A DNA stretch of 64,000 nt from IMG/VR virus record IMGVR_UViG_3300043418_000114, positions 124,001 through 188,000 of that record. One strand, 5' to 3'. The stretch's first letter is position 1. Each line of letters begins with the position of its first letter. The translations under genes and the position numbers were made by a program. Shown in pieces: positions 36,363-45,783 of the stretch. Under the pieces are notes generated by a model that saw nothing but the letters and a program-made list of their open reading frames with translations, did no database searches and was not told where the DNA came from.

Positions 36363-37712
36363 ATGTCCGCATCGTGGATTCAAAAACTGAATGAGTCTGA
36401 TAGTCGTCTTCACAAAGAGGACGTACTGCAACAAGCACTCGAAGCCGCTACGCTCGGTAGCACAAATTCAATTACTTTCTTGAGCTATCTCAAGTCATGT
36501 TATAACCCATTCTTGACTTTTGGTGTCAAGCAGATTCCTGACACTGTTGGCATCACTGGTGCTGATAATCCCTGGAGTGAATTCAATCAACTCATGATCG
36601 ATCTTGGTCAACGCAAGTTGACTGGACACGCCGCACGTGATGCGATTCTAGAACTGTCAGAGCGTTTTGATTCGGAAGAATGGAACACATTCCTTGCTCC
36701 GGTACTGCGCCGCGACATGCGTTGTGGTATCAGCGAGAAGACTATCAACAAAATCTGTAAAAAGACTGACTACGAAATCCCCGTGTTTGGTTGCCAACTA
36801 GCAACTAACTCGGAAGGTCGTCCTGAAATGAAGGGTATCAAACGACTTGAGCCTAAGTTGGATGGTGTTCGTGCCCTGTTCATGGTCATTCCAAGTGACG
36901 ACGGTGAAGTGACTACAATCTGTTTCAGTCGCAATGGCAAACAGTTTGATAACTTTACTCACATTGAAGATCAACTTCGTACTAACTTCATTAACATTGT
37001 TAATGCATGTAACGGCACTGATCAAGGTCGTGGACTAGTTCATGGCTTTGTTATGGATGGCGAAGTGATCGGCAATACATTCCAAGAATTGATGCGCCAA
37101 GCTCGTCGCAAGAGTGACGTACAAGCTGATGATAGCGTATTCAATATCTTTGATATCGTACCACTAGCTGACTTCCGTCGTGGCTACTGGAATGCTCAAC
37201 TTGAAAAGCGTATCAAGCTCCTCGAAGCTATGCGTACGGTGGTCGACGACATGCCTAACGTTGAACTGTTGCCTCATTTGATGGTCGACTTGAGCACCGC
37301 AGAAGGCCAAGATCAATTGCATCGTTATGCTGTAGATCAAGTCAATGCTGGATTTGAAGGCATCATGATTAAAGAAATGCAATCCCCATATCAGTGCAAG
37401 CGTAGTACTGATTGGATGAAATGGAAGCCTACTATCACTGTTGACCTTGAAGTCATTGGCGTTGAAGAAGGTACTGGTCGTAACGTTGGTCGTCTTGGTG
37501 CACTTGTATGTGCAGGCATTGATGATGGCAAAGAGATTTTCGTAAACGTTGGTAGTGGTCTCAGTGATGCAGACCGAGATGAATTCTGGGCCAATCGTAA
37601 TGTAGTTATTGGTCGCACTGTTGAAATTTTATGTGATGTGATTACACAAAACCAAGATGGTACTTACAGCCTGCGTTTCCCTCGCTTTGTTCGCTTCCGT
37701 GATGACAAGTGA
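36363..37712 (+). CDS. lig: ATP-dependent DNA ligase
   Basis: EPKLDGVR (motif I), VMDGEV, FNIFD, FEGIMIK, WMKWK, SLRFPRF. Confidence 0.95.
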   Translation: MSASWIQKLNESDSRLHKEDVLQQALEAATLGSTNSITFLSYLKSCYNPFLTFGVKQIPDTVGITGADNPWSEFNQLMIDLGQRKLTGHAARDAILELSERFDSEEWNTFLAPVLRRDMRCGISEKTINKICKKTDYEIPVFGCQLATNSEGRPEMKGIKRLEPKLDGVRALFMVIPSDDGEVTTICFSRNGKQFDNFTHIEDQLRTNFINIVNACNGTDQGRGLVHGFVMDGEVIGNTFQELMRQARRKSDVQADDSVFNIFDIVPLADFRRGYWNAQLEKRIKLLEAMRTVVDDMPNVELLPHLMVDLSTAEGQDQLHRYAVDQVNAGFEGIMIKEMQSPYQCKRSTDWMKWKPTITVDLEVIGVEEGTGRNVGRLGALVCAGIDDGKEIFVNVGSGLSDADRDEFWANRNVVIGRTVEILCDVITQNQDGTYSLRFPRFVRFRDDK

Positions 37713-38026
37713 TGTTATACGTTGAATATAAATGGGCCAAACGCCCAGGACGCATGGGAATATTCCACAAGAGCAAACGAGTTGGCGTTAGGTCTAAGTT
37801 TGTTCGTGGAAGTCAACCAGGTCTAGCGCGTTGGAAGATTGCCAATCTAACAGACGAATACAAACCGCATGAATTCTTTGCTATTCTGAGTTTTGATAAT
37901 CTCAGTAATTGGGTTGAGAATAGTCCGCAGTGTAATCCAAGACTACAAGCGGCCTACAATAAACATAGATTCATACGTGGCAATATTGCACATCGTTATA
38001 TTAGACGACTGAGTGGTGAAGAATGA
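37709..38026 (+). CDS. Hypothetical protein
   Basis: Coupled to the ligase stop. Confidence 0.45.
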   Translation: MMLYVEYKWAKRPGRMGIFHKSKRVGVRSKFVRGSQPGLARWKIANLTDEYKPHEFFAILSFDNLSNWVENSPQCNPRLQAAYNKHRFIRGNIAHRYIRRLSGEE

Positions 38027-38144
38027 CATTAACTAAGATTGAATTAAACAAGGACAATCGCATGTTGCGTATTGGCTTTGGTAAGAATGACGGCAACTGG
38101 TTTGCCCGTGTTGACTTGTGGTGTGTGGGATTTAGGATCATACA

Positions 38145-38381
38145 ATGAACGAACGAATTAAAGAACTTGCTGAACAGGCTTATGAACAACAGCCGCTGAT
38201 GATTGCTAATCCCGAAACATTTGAAATTGAACATAAGATTGGCAACGGTGGAGTTCCTATATATCATAAAGTGTTTAACCAAGAAAAGTTCGCCGAGTTA
38301 ATTGTTCGGGAATGTATTGCTCAATGTAATGATGGTGATAGTCGGTGGTTTATCGCACAACATTTTGGAATTGAAGAATGA
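38145..38381 (+). CDS. MNERIKEL-family cassette protein
   Basis: MNERIKELAEQA...EKFAELIVREC...QHFGIEE. Confidence 0.75.
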   Translation: MNERIKELAEQAYEQQPLMIANPETFEIEHKIGNGGVPIYHKVFNQEKFAELIVRECIAQCNDGDSRWFIAQHFGIEE

Positions 38382-38725
38382 ACGAACGAATTAAAGAACT
38401 AGTAAGACTAGTCCAATCCCTTAAAGATAGATTTTTTGTCAAGCGACCTGTAGATATACTACTAGGTGAGTATTGGGCACAATTAGAAGAATTGTGGAAA
38501 AGTGAACTTATTAATCTGCCCAGGTGTGCCCCGGGTAAACTGTATTACGCCAGTGATATCATAAAATTTATAGAACAAGATGTGGCACCAAAATATGGAT
38601 TTAAATTAATCCGTAAACCAAATGAAACCCACAATGGGTTGTTGAAGGATATACCCTGTTACTGGATTAGATTCAATGACCCCAAGAAGGTAACAAGATT
38701 TACAACAGAGTTCGGAGTTGAATGA
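38378..38725 (+). CDS. Chimeric cassette protein (family termini, unrelated core)
   Basis: Begins MNERIKEL and ends EFGVE but lacks EKFAEL/EC. Confidence 0.65.
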   Translation: MNERIKELVRLVQSLKDRFFVKRPVDILLGEYWAQLEELWKSELINLPRCAPGKLYYASDIIKFIEQDVAPKYGFKLIRKPNETHNGLLKDIPCYWIRFNDPKKVTRFTTEFGVE

Positions 38726-38931
38726 TGAACGAGCAAACAAGAATTAAGTATTCGTATGTTTCTATTTTACCAGAAGAAATGTCACCATATTCATCTGCGG
38801 TTAGAATAAGTCACAAGGATTCTACTGTTAAAGAATTGTTAGATCAGTTGTGTGTGAATAGTCAGATCAAAGATGAAAATGGTAAAATTGTGAGCAGTAT
38901 TTTCGATATCAATTACGAGGTTATTGAATGA
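38722..38931 (+). CDS. Hypothetical protein
   Basis: ATGA-coupled. Confidence 0.55.
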   Translation: MMNEQTRIKYSYVSILPEEMSPYSSAVRISHKDSTVKELLDQLCVNSQIKDENGKIVSSIFDINYEVIE

Positions 38932-39185
38932 ACGAACGAATTAAAGAACTTGCTGAACAGGCTGGCTGTGGCTATTTGTATGATTATTCAGCAGACGGAC
39001 ATGCAATGGTTTGTAATGTAAATGACATTGAAAAGTTTGCCGAGTTGCTTGTCAAGGAATGTGCTATGCTTGTCGAGGGATTTATACTTGATCAAGAGGT
39101 AGCTCTTGACGAATATGTTGAATATGAAGCAAGTAGTGTACTTCGAGAACACTTTGAAATAAACAGTGAAAGTAAATCTACATGA
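38928..39185 (+). CDS. MNERIKEL-family cassette protein
   Basis: MNERIKELAEQA...EKFAELLVKEC...REHFEI. Confidence 0.75.
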   Translation: MNERIKELAEQAGCGYLYDYSADGHAMVCNVNDIEKFAELLVKECAMLVEGFILDQEVALDEYVEYEASSVLREHFEINSESKST

Positions 39186-39379
39186 AAGAATCAGTAAGCC
39201 GTGAAGAACTCTCTGAAATTATCAACCGAGAGTTATTGGCATTTGTCGGGCATCCTAATACCGAAAAGACTAGACAAGCCATCTTTGAAATGATATTATC
39301 TTTAGTTAATAGGTTTCCTGAGAAAATTGATTTGATTCAAGAAATCATACAAGAAGGAATGAAGAATGAATCCACATGA
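39182..39379 (+). CDS. Hypothetical protein
   Basis: Coupled ORF. Confidence 0.5.
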   Translation: MKESVSREELSEIINRELLAFVGHPNTEKTRQAIFEMILSLVNRFPEKIDLIQEIIQEGMKNEST

Positions 39380-39572
39380 TTTAGAGGGCAAGAAATATAT
39401 ATTTGAAGATGGTGCTGAAATATTCATTAAGCACGTAAAAGACGTTGATGCTGAACGCGGTACACTTCAGGTAACATATCTTGTCACAACTAGTCCTAGA
39501 AGCATACCTAGACAACTCATACTACCATGGCAAGAGTTTCAGGAGCACTATGGACACTTGTTTAAAGAATAA
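39366..39572 (+). CDS. Hypothetical protein
   Basis: 68 aa with AGGA RBS. Confidence 0.55.
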   Translation: MNPHDLEGKKYIFEDGAEIFIKHVKDVDAERGTLQVTYLVTTSPRSIPRQLILPWQEFQEHYGHLFKE

Positions 39573-39579
39573 ATATTAG

Positions 39580-41289
39580 ATGTATAAAAAAATCATAAAT
39601 TTACCAAATCTAACTCTATTGGTCGCACTGTGTTTGAGTACAGTAGCGGCCTATTATAGTATTATTGGTTTAACTGCAATTTTTGCAGGGGCAGTTATTC
39701 CAGTTATTATCATGGGTAGTATGCTCGAAGTGGCAAAGATTACTACCACTGTATGGCTACGCAAATACTGGAATCGTGCTGGCTGGGTCATCAAGATGTA
39801 CCTTGTTCCTGCTGTTATTGCATTGGCTCTACTCACTTCGATGGGTATCTTTGGATTCTTGTCTAAAGCTCACTTAGATCAAAACATTGGATCTGGTGAT
39901 GTACAAGCAAAAGTAGCATTGCTTGATGAAAAGATCAACATTCAACGTGACAACATTAAAGCTAGCAAAGCGGCACTAGCACAAATGGATACCCAAGTCA
40001 ATGATATCATGACTAAGGGTGATAGCGAACGCAGTGTTGAACGTTCCGTTATGATTCGCAAGCAACAAGCCAAAGAACGTGCTAGCTTGATGAAAGATAT
40101 TGAAGTTGCCAATAAAGAGATTCAAGCTCTTAATGCAGAACGTGCGCCTATTGCAAGTGAACTCCGCAAAGTAGAAGCCGAAGTTGGCCCTATCAAGTAT
40201 ATTGCCGCCTTAATTTATGGTGACAATGCAGATCAAAACATGCTAGAGTCTGCCGTTCGTTGGGTTATCATTCTGTTAGTTGTTGTATTCGACCCACTTG
40301 CCATTGCACTTGTATTAGCTGGCAATCAAAGTAAAGAATGGAACGATGACGAACCTGAATACGAACCTGATAATGGTCCTATTAATGAAGAAGCACTGGC
40401 ATTATTACGTGCCAAAGTAGAACAAGATTTACCAACTGGTGAATTAATCACAAAGTCAGAATTGTTTCCTGATCCAGAAGAAGGTAACAAACTTATTGAT
40501 GAACTCGAAAAAGAAGTACCAGAAGTTGTTCTTCCAAATGAACCAATGCAGTTTGTTGATTTTGGTGAGCATCCAAAAGACTACGATGAAAATCAAGTTG
40601 AAGAACCTGTGGTTGAAGAAGAAAAATCTATTCTTGAACAACATCCATACTTGTTGAATGGGTTTGATCACTTCTCTAATACTACGCCAATTGTTCATAA
40701 GCCAGAGCCAAAGAAAGTTGACTTCACTCAAGGCAGATATGAAGTTAGCGATCCAGTCATGAGCTATAATATTGTCTTGCCAGAGCCAGCGATTGAACCA
40801 GCTCCAATGCCAGAGCCAACAAGTGAAGTGTTCGATAGACCAGGTGACTATATTGTTCCAGAAGACACTTCGGAACTTATTACACCAGAAGTCAAACAAC
40901 AATTTGTCGAAGAAGAAGATGGCTACGTGATCTATGACGGATTGCACATGAGTAAAGATGCCTTAAAAGGAATGCATCCAGAGTTGTTCACATTGAAAGC
41001 TGATGAAGGTCGACCAATTAAAACTAACTTTGGTATTGGTTTCCCATCACAAGCTGATAAAGGTGATATCTTTGTTCGTGTTGATATGCTACCAAATCGT
41101 GTGTACAAATTTGATGGACACGGCAAGTGGATAGAAGTCAACAAAGAAATCACTGACACATATCTACACAATCAAAAATATCTACAACACCTTGTCAACA
41201 TGATTGAACGTGGTCAATATGATGTAGAATTGCTTTCTGAAAATGAGAAGGCTGAGATTGAAGAATATCTACGCAAGCAAAATGGTTGA
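39580..41289 (+). CDS. Late multi-TM coiled-coil protein with acidic Pro-rich linker
   Basis: ATAAATA at 39569; three N-terminal TMs, long heptad region, fourth TM, Glu/Pro-rich linker, small C-terminal domain. Confidence 0.75.
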   Translation: MYKKIINLPNLTLLVALCLSTVAAYYSIIGLTAIFAGAVIPVIIMGSMLEVAKITTTVWLRKYWNRAGWVIKMYLVPAVIALALLTSMGIFGFLSKAHLDQNIGSGDVQAKVALLDEKINIQRDNIKASKAALAQMDTQVNDIMTKGDSERSVERSVMIRKQQAKERASLMKDIEVANKEIQALNAERAPIASELRKVEAEVGPIKYIAALIYGDNADQNMLESAVRWVIILLVVVFDPLAIALVLAGNQSKEWNDDEPEYEPDNGPINEEALALLRAKVEQDLPTGELITKSELFPDPEEGNKLIDELEKEVPEVVLPNEPMQFVDFGEHPKDYDENQVEEPVVEEEKSILEQHPYLLNGFDHFSNTTPIVHKPEPKKVDFTQGRYEVSDPVMSYNIVLPEPAIEPAPMPEPTSEVFDRPGDYIVPEDTSELITPEVKQQFVEEEDGYVIYDGLHMSKDALKGMHPELFTLKADEGRPIKTNFGIGFPSQADKGDIFVRVDMLPNRVYKFDGHGKWIEVNKEITDTYLHNQKYLQHLVNMIERGQYDVELLSENEKAEIEEYLRKQNG

Positions 41290-41314
41290 CAGTAAATCAC
41301 TTTGGTGATACACT
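41286..41314 (+). promoter_or_regulatory. sigma70 promoter
   Basis: TTGACA-GTAAATCACTTTGGTGA-TACACT. Confidence 0.7.
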
Positions 41315-41343
41315 GCAATCATTCTTAACTAACGGAGTAATCC

Positions 41344-41976
41344 ATGAAATTTAAACTCTTTGCAATTGCCGCAGTTACGGCGTTAATGACTGGCTGTGGC
41401 ACAACCAAGCTAACTGAGGATCCTATTCGCAGTCAGAAACTGTCCACTACTTTCGTTAACGAAAGCATCAAGCTGGAAACTGATTGCAAGTGGTACACTA
41501 TCAACAAAAGCGAGTGCAACATTGTTTCAATTGAATCTACTGGCGTAGCTACTACAAACGGTAACACTGAAAGCAATCGTCGTGTTGCCTTGATTCGTGC
41601 TGGTGACCGCGCACGTGCCGCCGTCCGCCACTTCATTCAAGAAGATGTGTCAAGCTCTCGTGTTAACCAGACGATTGCCAAGAACGTAGAGAAGGCAAAT
41701 GATCGCCTCAAGTCTAAGATGGACGGTGTTGATCCAGTTTCTATGAGCGACGATGAAGCCTCCAAAGATACTAACTGGTCAATTCGTGAAAATGCAAACA
41801 ATACTGCATATAGCTTGACTGAAACCATTCGTGTCAATGCCGCTGGTATCTTGAAGGGTTTCAAAGTTATCAAACAAGAAATGGTCGGACCTCAAGAAGT
41901 CGCTGTTACTATTCGCTGGGACCTCGAATCTGAGCGTATGTCCAACCAACTGCGTCGAAAGTTTGACGGACGATGA
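41344..41976 (+). CDS. Lipoprotein (LPP20-like)
   Basis: Lipobox LMTG-C; STGVA...RRVALIRAGDRARAAV. Confidence 0.6.
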   Translation: MKFKLFAIAAVTALMTGCGTTKLTEDPIRSQKLSTTFVNESIKLETDCKWYTINKSECNIVSIESTGVATTNGNTESNRRVALIRAGDRARAAVRHFIQEDVSSSRVNQTIAKNVEKANDRLKSKMDGVDPVSMSDDEASKDTNWSIRENANNTAYSLTETIRVNAAGILKGFKVIKQEMVGPQEVAVTIRWDLESERMSNQLRRKFDGR

Positions 41977-42977
41977 AATACATTCTAGCGATAGTTGTCT
42001 TACTACTCGCTGGATGTGCCACCACTACCAAGTCTGAATTCATTCGTACTACGGGTGAAGGCAACACGTTCGAGCAAGCCAAACTGGCTGCCTTTCGTGA
42101 AGCTATTCAGACTAAAGTAGGTGCCGTCGTCCTCAGTGAGCGTTTACACAACATTGAAAAAACAGTCCAGGACGATATCACCGTTCATAGCTCTGGCTAT
42201 GTAGATGACTATAAAGTTATCAATACGACAAACATCAGCGGCACATATCGTGTCACCGTAGATGTATTGGTAGCTGAAAGTAAGTTAGCTAATCAAATCC
42301 TAACAACCGCAAAAGCAGAAAAAGATTTTGCAGGTGACCGAGCAACTAATGCCTATTCTACATACATGAATCAAGCAAACGATGCAGACAAAATTGTTGC
42401 ACGAGTGCTTAGTGGATATCCACGACATGCTTTCATCCTTGAACAAGGCCCATATGTGATTGGTGTAGATCAGTATCGATCTGGTAAAATCGTGCTACCA
42501 TTCAAAGTTCGATGGAGTAAAGACTATCTGACCGCAGTGGATGAAATTGTTCATCGATATGAAGACAAGCGTGGCGTTGTTGACAAGATCATGTACAAAC
42601 CAATGAACATTGTTGAATTTCATTCTAAAAATGATAACTACTTCGGCAAGAATTCAAAATATGAGATTGTTGATCAAAGACTGCTAAATACCATTGTCAA
42701 TAGCGTTTATGGCGCAAATGAAATGCGTATTCGTACCGATGTGTATGACGGCAATCACAATTCCATGTATACTACGTGCGTAGTGCCGTGGTGGCGTAAT
42801 TACGGCAAACAATTCTTTTCATCGGACACGTATAACAATATTCTGTTTGATGGCAATCTGGAGCGTAGTGGTGAGTTAACTCTTCCAGTGACTAATGCCA
42901 ATTTACAGATGTACGCTAGAGCCGTGTCTATTGAGTTGTCAATTGTGGCAGTAAAAGATTGTCCACGAGAGCGTTAA
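41973..42977 (+). CDS. Lipoprotein with LPP20/FlgT-N-like domain
   Basis: Lipobox LLAG-C; TGEGNTFEQAKLAAFREAIQ...SSGYVDDYKVI. Confidence 0.6.
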   Translation: MKYILAIVVLLLAGCATTTKSEFIRTTGEGNTFEQAKLAAFREAIQTKVGAVVLSERLHNIEKTVQDDITVHSSGYVDDYKVINTTNISGTYRVTVDVLVAESKLANQILTTAKAEKDFAGDRATNAYSTYMNQANDADKIVARVLSGYPRHAFILEQGPYVIGVDQYRSGKIVLPFKVRWSKDYLTAVDEIVHRYEDKRGVVDKIMYKPMNIVEFHSKNDNYFGKNSKYEIVDQRLLNTIVNSVYGANEMRIRTDVYDGNHNSMYTTCVVPWWRNYGKQFFSSDTYNNILFDGNLERSGELTLPVTNANLQMYARAVSIELSIVAVKDCPRER

Positions 42978-42990
42978 GATAAATTAATAT

Positions 42991-44193
42991 ATGAGTACTG
43001 AAAACAAACTGAACCATTGCTCCTTTTGTGGCAATCATAAAGATGTAGTTAAAAAATTGATCGTTGGCGATGACGTTGCTATCTGTAGCGACTGTATTGA
43101 CCTGTGTACTCAATTAATTGTTGATGACGGCACGGTAGAGGACAATTCTATCAAGACCAATGATCAATATGATCCTGCCTTAATTAAGACTTACTTGGAT
43201 CAACACGTTATTGGCCAAGATAGTGCTAAAATGGTACTATCGGTGGCTATCGCAAATCACTATAAGCGAATCACTCATCCACCTAAAGATTTAGATATCT
43301 CGAAGGGCAACGTTCTTATCGTAGGTCCCACTGGCAGTGGTAAAACATTGCTTGCGAAAACCGTAGCGAAATACCTTAACGTTCCATTTGTAGTGGCTGA
43401 TGCAACTAGCTTAACCGAAGCTGGCTATGTAGGTGATGACGTTGAATCAATGATCAGTATGCTAGTTGCTAATGCAAACGGCGATACTAAACTAGCAGAG
43501 CGCGGAATCGTGTTTGTTGATGAAATCGACAAGATTGCACGTAAGGGTGAGTCTACCAGCTTAACCAGGGACGTTTCAGGCGAAGGTGTACAACAAGCAC
43601 TATTGAAACTAGTCGAAGGTACTGTGTGTCGTGTTCCTGCACAGGGTGGTCGTAAGCACCCAGGTGGAGATATGCTAGAAGTCAACACCAAGAACATCCT
43701 GTTCATTGCTGGTGGCGCATTCGTTGGCTTGAAAGACGTTATCGAGCGTAGAACTAACGGCGGTGGCATTGGATTCGGAGCAACTGTAAAGAAATCCCAA
43801 CAAGAAAGCAATTTAGGTGAAGTCACTCCTGATGACTTGACTAAGTTCGGCATGATTCCTGAGTTTATCGGTCGATTCACTACTACTGTCGCTATTGAGA
43901 CACTAACAAAAGACGAACTTAAGCGTGTTCTTCTTGAGGTCAAAAACAACTATATCGCCCAGTATCAGTATCTGTTCTCCATTGACGGCATTGAGTTGGT
44001 ATTGGAGGATTCAGCACTGGATCAGATCGTAGATAATTGCGTCAAACTCAAGACTGGCGCACGTGGCTTGCACACTGAGATTGAACGTGCCCTAATGCCA
44101 CACATGTTTAACACTGGTAAATATCGTCAAAACAAGATTAAAAAGATAAATATTAATCAGGAGTTAATTTTAAACCCAAAACCAATTGTATGA
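42991..44193 (+). CDS. clpX: ATP-dependent Clp protease ATP-binding subunit
   Basis: CSFC/CSDC zinc finger, GPTGSGKT, FVDEIDK, RDVSGEGVQQALLK, RKH and IGF loops. Confidence 0.97.
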   Translation: MSTENKLNHCSFCGNHKDVVKKLIVGDDVAICSDCIDLCTQLIVDDGTVEDNSIKTNDQYDPALIKTYLDQHVIGQDSAKMVLSVAIANHYKRITHPPKDLDISKGNVLIVGPTGSGKTLLAKTVAKYLNVPFVVADATSLTEAGYVGDDVESMISMLVANANGDTKLAERGIVFVDEIDKIARKGESTSLTRDVSGEGVQQALLKLVEGTVCRVPAQGGRKHPGGDMLEVNTKNILFIAGGAFVGLKDVIERRTNGGGIGFGATVKKSQQESNLGEVTPDDLTKFGMIPEFIGRFTTTVAIETLTKDELKRVLLEVKNNYIAQYQYLFSIDGIELVLEDSALDQIVDNCVKLKTGARGLHTEIERALMPHMFNTGKYRQNKIKKININQELILNPKPIV

Positions 44194-44408
44194 GAAAAGG
44201 CAGACGAGTAATTGTTAATGATGGCAACGTTGAAAAGGCGTTGCGTAAATTTAAAAAGAAGATCGCGGATCAGGACCTGCTACAGGAAGTTCGTGATCGT
44301 GGACAGTTTGTTAAACCTACAATTAAGCGTAAGTTAGCTAAGAGCCAGGCTAAACGTAGATGGCAAAAGTACTTGCGTGATCAGAGTTTGCCTAAGAAAC
44401 TCTATTAA
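44190..44408 (+). CDS. rpsU: Ribosomal protein bS21
   Basis: VNDGNVEKALRKFKKKI...LLQEVRDR..FVKPTIKRK. Confidence 0.9.
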   Translation: MRKGRRVIVNDGNVEKALRKFKKKIADQDLLQEVRDRGQFVKPTIKRKLAKSQAKRRWQKYLRDQSLPKKLY

Positions 44409-44445
44409 ACCAAAATATTAGAATTTTTTGCGTATTTTTAGTTAA

Positions 44446-44517
44446 ATAAATACGACAGTAGATGCCGATGGTCGGGTCTACTACATGTCATAACTTGCTT
44501 ATTAAAGGAGAAAACAA
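44446..44517 (+). promoter_or_regulatory. Late promoter plus ROSE-like structured leader of hsp20
   Basis: ATAAATA at 44446; hairpin 44458-44481; CUUGCUU pairs with AAGGAG with a bulged G. Confidence 0.6.
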
Positions 44518-44955
44518 ATGACAAAAACTTTATCCCTTCGTTCCCTCGACATTCCGTCAATCCACAAATTTGGTATCGGCTTCGATAACATGTTTGATGA
44601 ATTAATGCGAATGAATGCTCAACAATCCCTTAACTATCCTCCATACAACATTCTCAAGAATACCGATGATTCATTCGATATTCAAGTGGCTGTTTCTGGC
44701 TTTAGTGAAGGTGAGATTGAGGTCAATCTTGACAATCGAGTATTGACTATCAAGGGTCAGAAGGCGGAAGATGTAGTTGCTGAATATCTGCATAAAGGTA
44801 TCAGTACACGTGATTTCGTGCGTGAGTTCACTCTAGCCGAACACGTTGAGGTAATCAATGCCTCACAAAAAGATGGTATTTTGACTATTCAACTAGAACG
44901 CATCGTTCCAGAAGAAAAGAAACCGAAAAATATCCAGATATCTTATTCTAAATAA
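44518..44955 (+). CDS. hsp20: Small heat shock protein (Hsp20/IbpA-like)
   Basis: IGFDNMF, NYPPYNI, AVSGF, YLHKGIS.R.F, DGILTI.LER.VPEEKKP. Confidence 0.95.
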   Translation: MTKTLSLRSLDIPSIHKFGIGFDNMFDELMRMNAQQSLNYPPYNILKNTDDSFDIQVAVSGFSEGEIEVNLDNRVLTIKGQKAEDVVAEYLHKGISTRDFVREFTLAEHVEVINASQKDGILTIQLERIVPEEKKPKNIQISYSK

Positions 44956-45623
44956 GAATTGCATTTTTCAAAATGCCATCGTCGCATTCCTGGGGTAGCT
45001 CCAGATTTGCCACAATGCGGACAGGTAATCATGATTGAATTAGGATTAACATTCTTTTGAAAATTATGATTACCTTCTCGAACTAGCTCACGCGCCCGTA
45101 CTGATTCTTGGTTATATGTTCGACCACTTGATCTGATTCCAATACTAATATTTTTTCGATGTTGATCCGTCTTGAATCCTTTATAATTATCTTTGTTGGA
45201 TTTAGGGCCTTGTAATTTTCGGATAAACTCTGGATTTTTAACTTTCGCTTGATTTGCTAATTTAATTTTATTTGCATGATCTACTGATTTTGGACCTCTG
45301 AGTTTTTCTCTCGTTTCCAATGAATGCTTATGGCCAGTAGTTCCCTCTCCACCATCGGTTTGATTTCTTAGTATACCTGTCATGTTGTCCTTGCGACCAT
45401 ACCATCTTATCATGCGTCTTTCCAACGCAAAAGCTCCAATTTCAGATAGTGATTGTTCCATGATGATAATTCTACATTCATCTACTGGCAAATTTATGCA
45501 ATGATTTTTGTGCCATGCCCTACCATTAAATCCCTTTCCGATATAGTACGGCGTACCATCGTCGCGCAAATATGCGTAAACATAGAACCCAATCGGTGGA
45601 TTCTTTTTTGAATAAATAGTCAT
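44943..45623 (-). mobile_element. Free-standing GIY-YIG-like homing endonuclease gene with NUMOD-type repeats
   Basis: [45 protein letters not shown]-terminal CPHCG; antisense insertion with its own late promoter. Confidence 0.8.
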
Positions 45624-45646
45624 GCTGATTGCTCCTTGAAAGCGTT

Positions 45647-45694
45647 AGAGTAGTCGGAGAGGTTAGAGACTCGCGGACTACACTTTTATTTATA
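45647..45694 (-). promoter_or_regulatory. Late promoter and leader hairpin of the endonuclease gene
   Basis: TATAAATA (45694-45687) then a GTAGTC...GACTAC stem upstream of an AGGAG RBS. Confidence 0.6.
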
Positions 45695-45703
45695 CCAAAC
45701 CAA

Positions 45704-45764
45704 TTGATATTACTTAATTTAGTGATATAATTAACGAGAGTAGTCGAAAGGCTACTCACTTTTT
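45704..45764 (+). promoter_or_regulatory. sigma70 promoter with GNRA leader hairpin before clpS
   Basis: TTGATA-N16-TATAAT; GAGTAGTC-GAAA-GGCTACTC then ACTTTTT. Confidence 0.55.
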
Positions 45765-45783
45765 AAATTTAACCGTAAAGATT

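Larger units (their letters stand above)
38145..38963 (+). repeat. 36-nt exact direct repeat at gene starts
   Basis: ATGAACGAACGAATTAAAGAACTTGCTGAACAGGCT at 38145-38180 and 38928-38963; near copies at 31656 and 38378. Confidence 0.9.
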
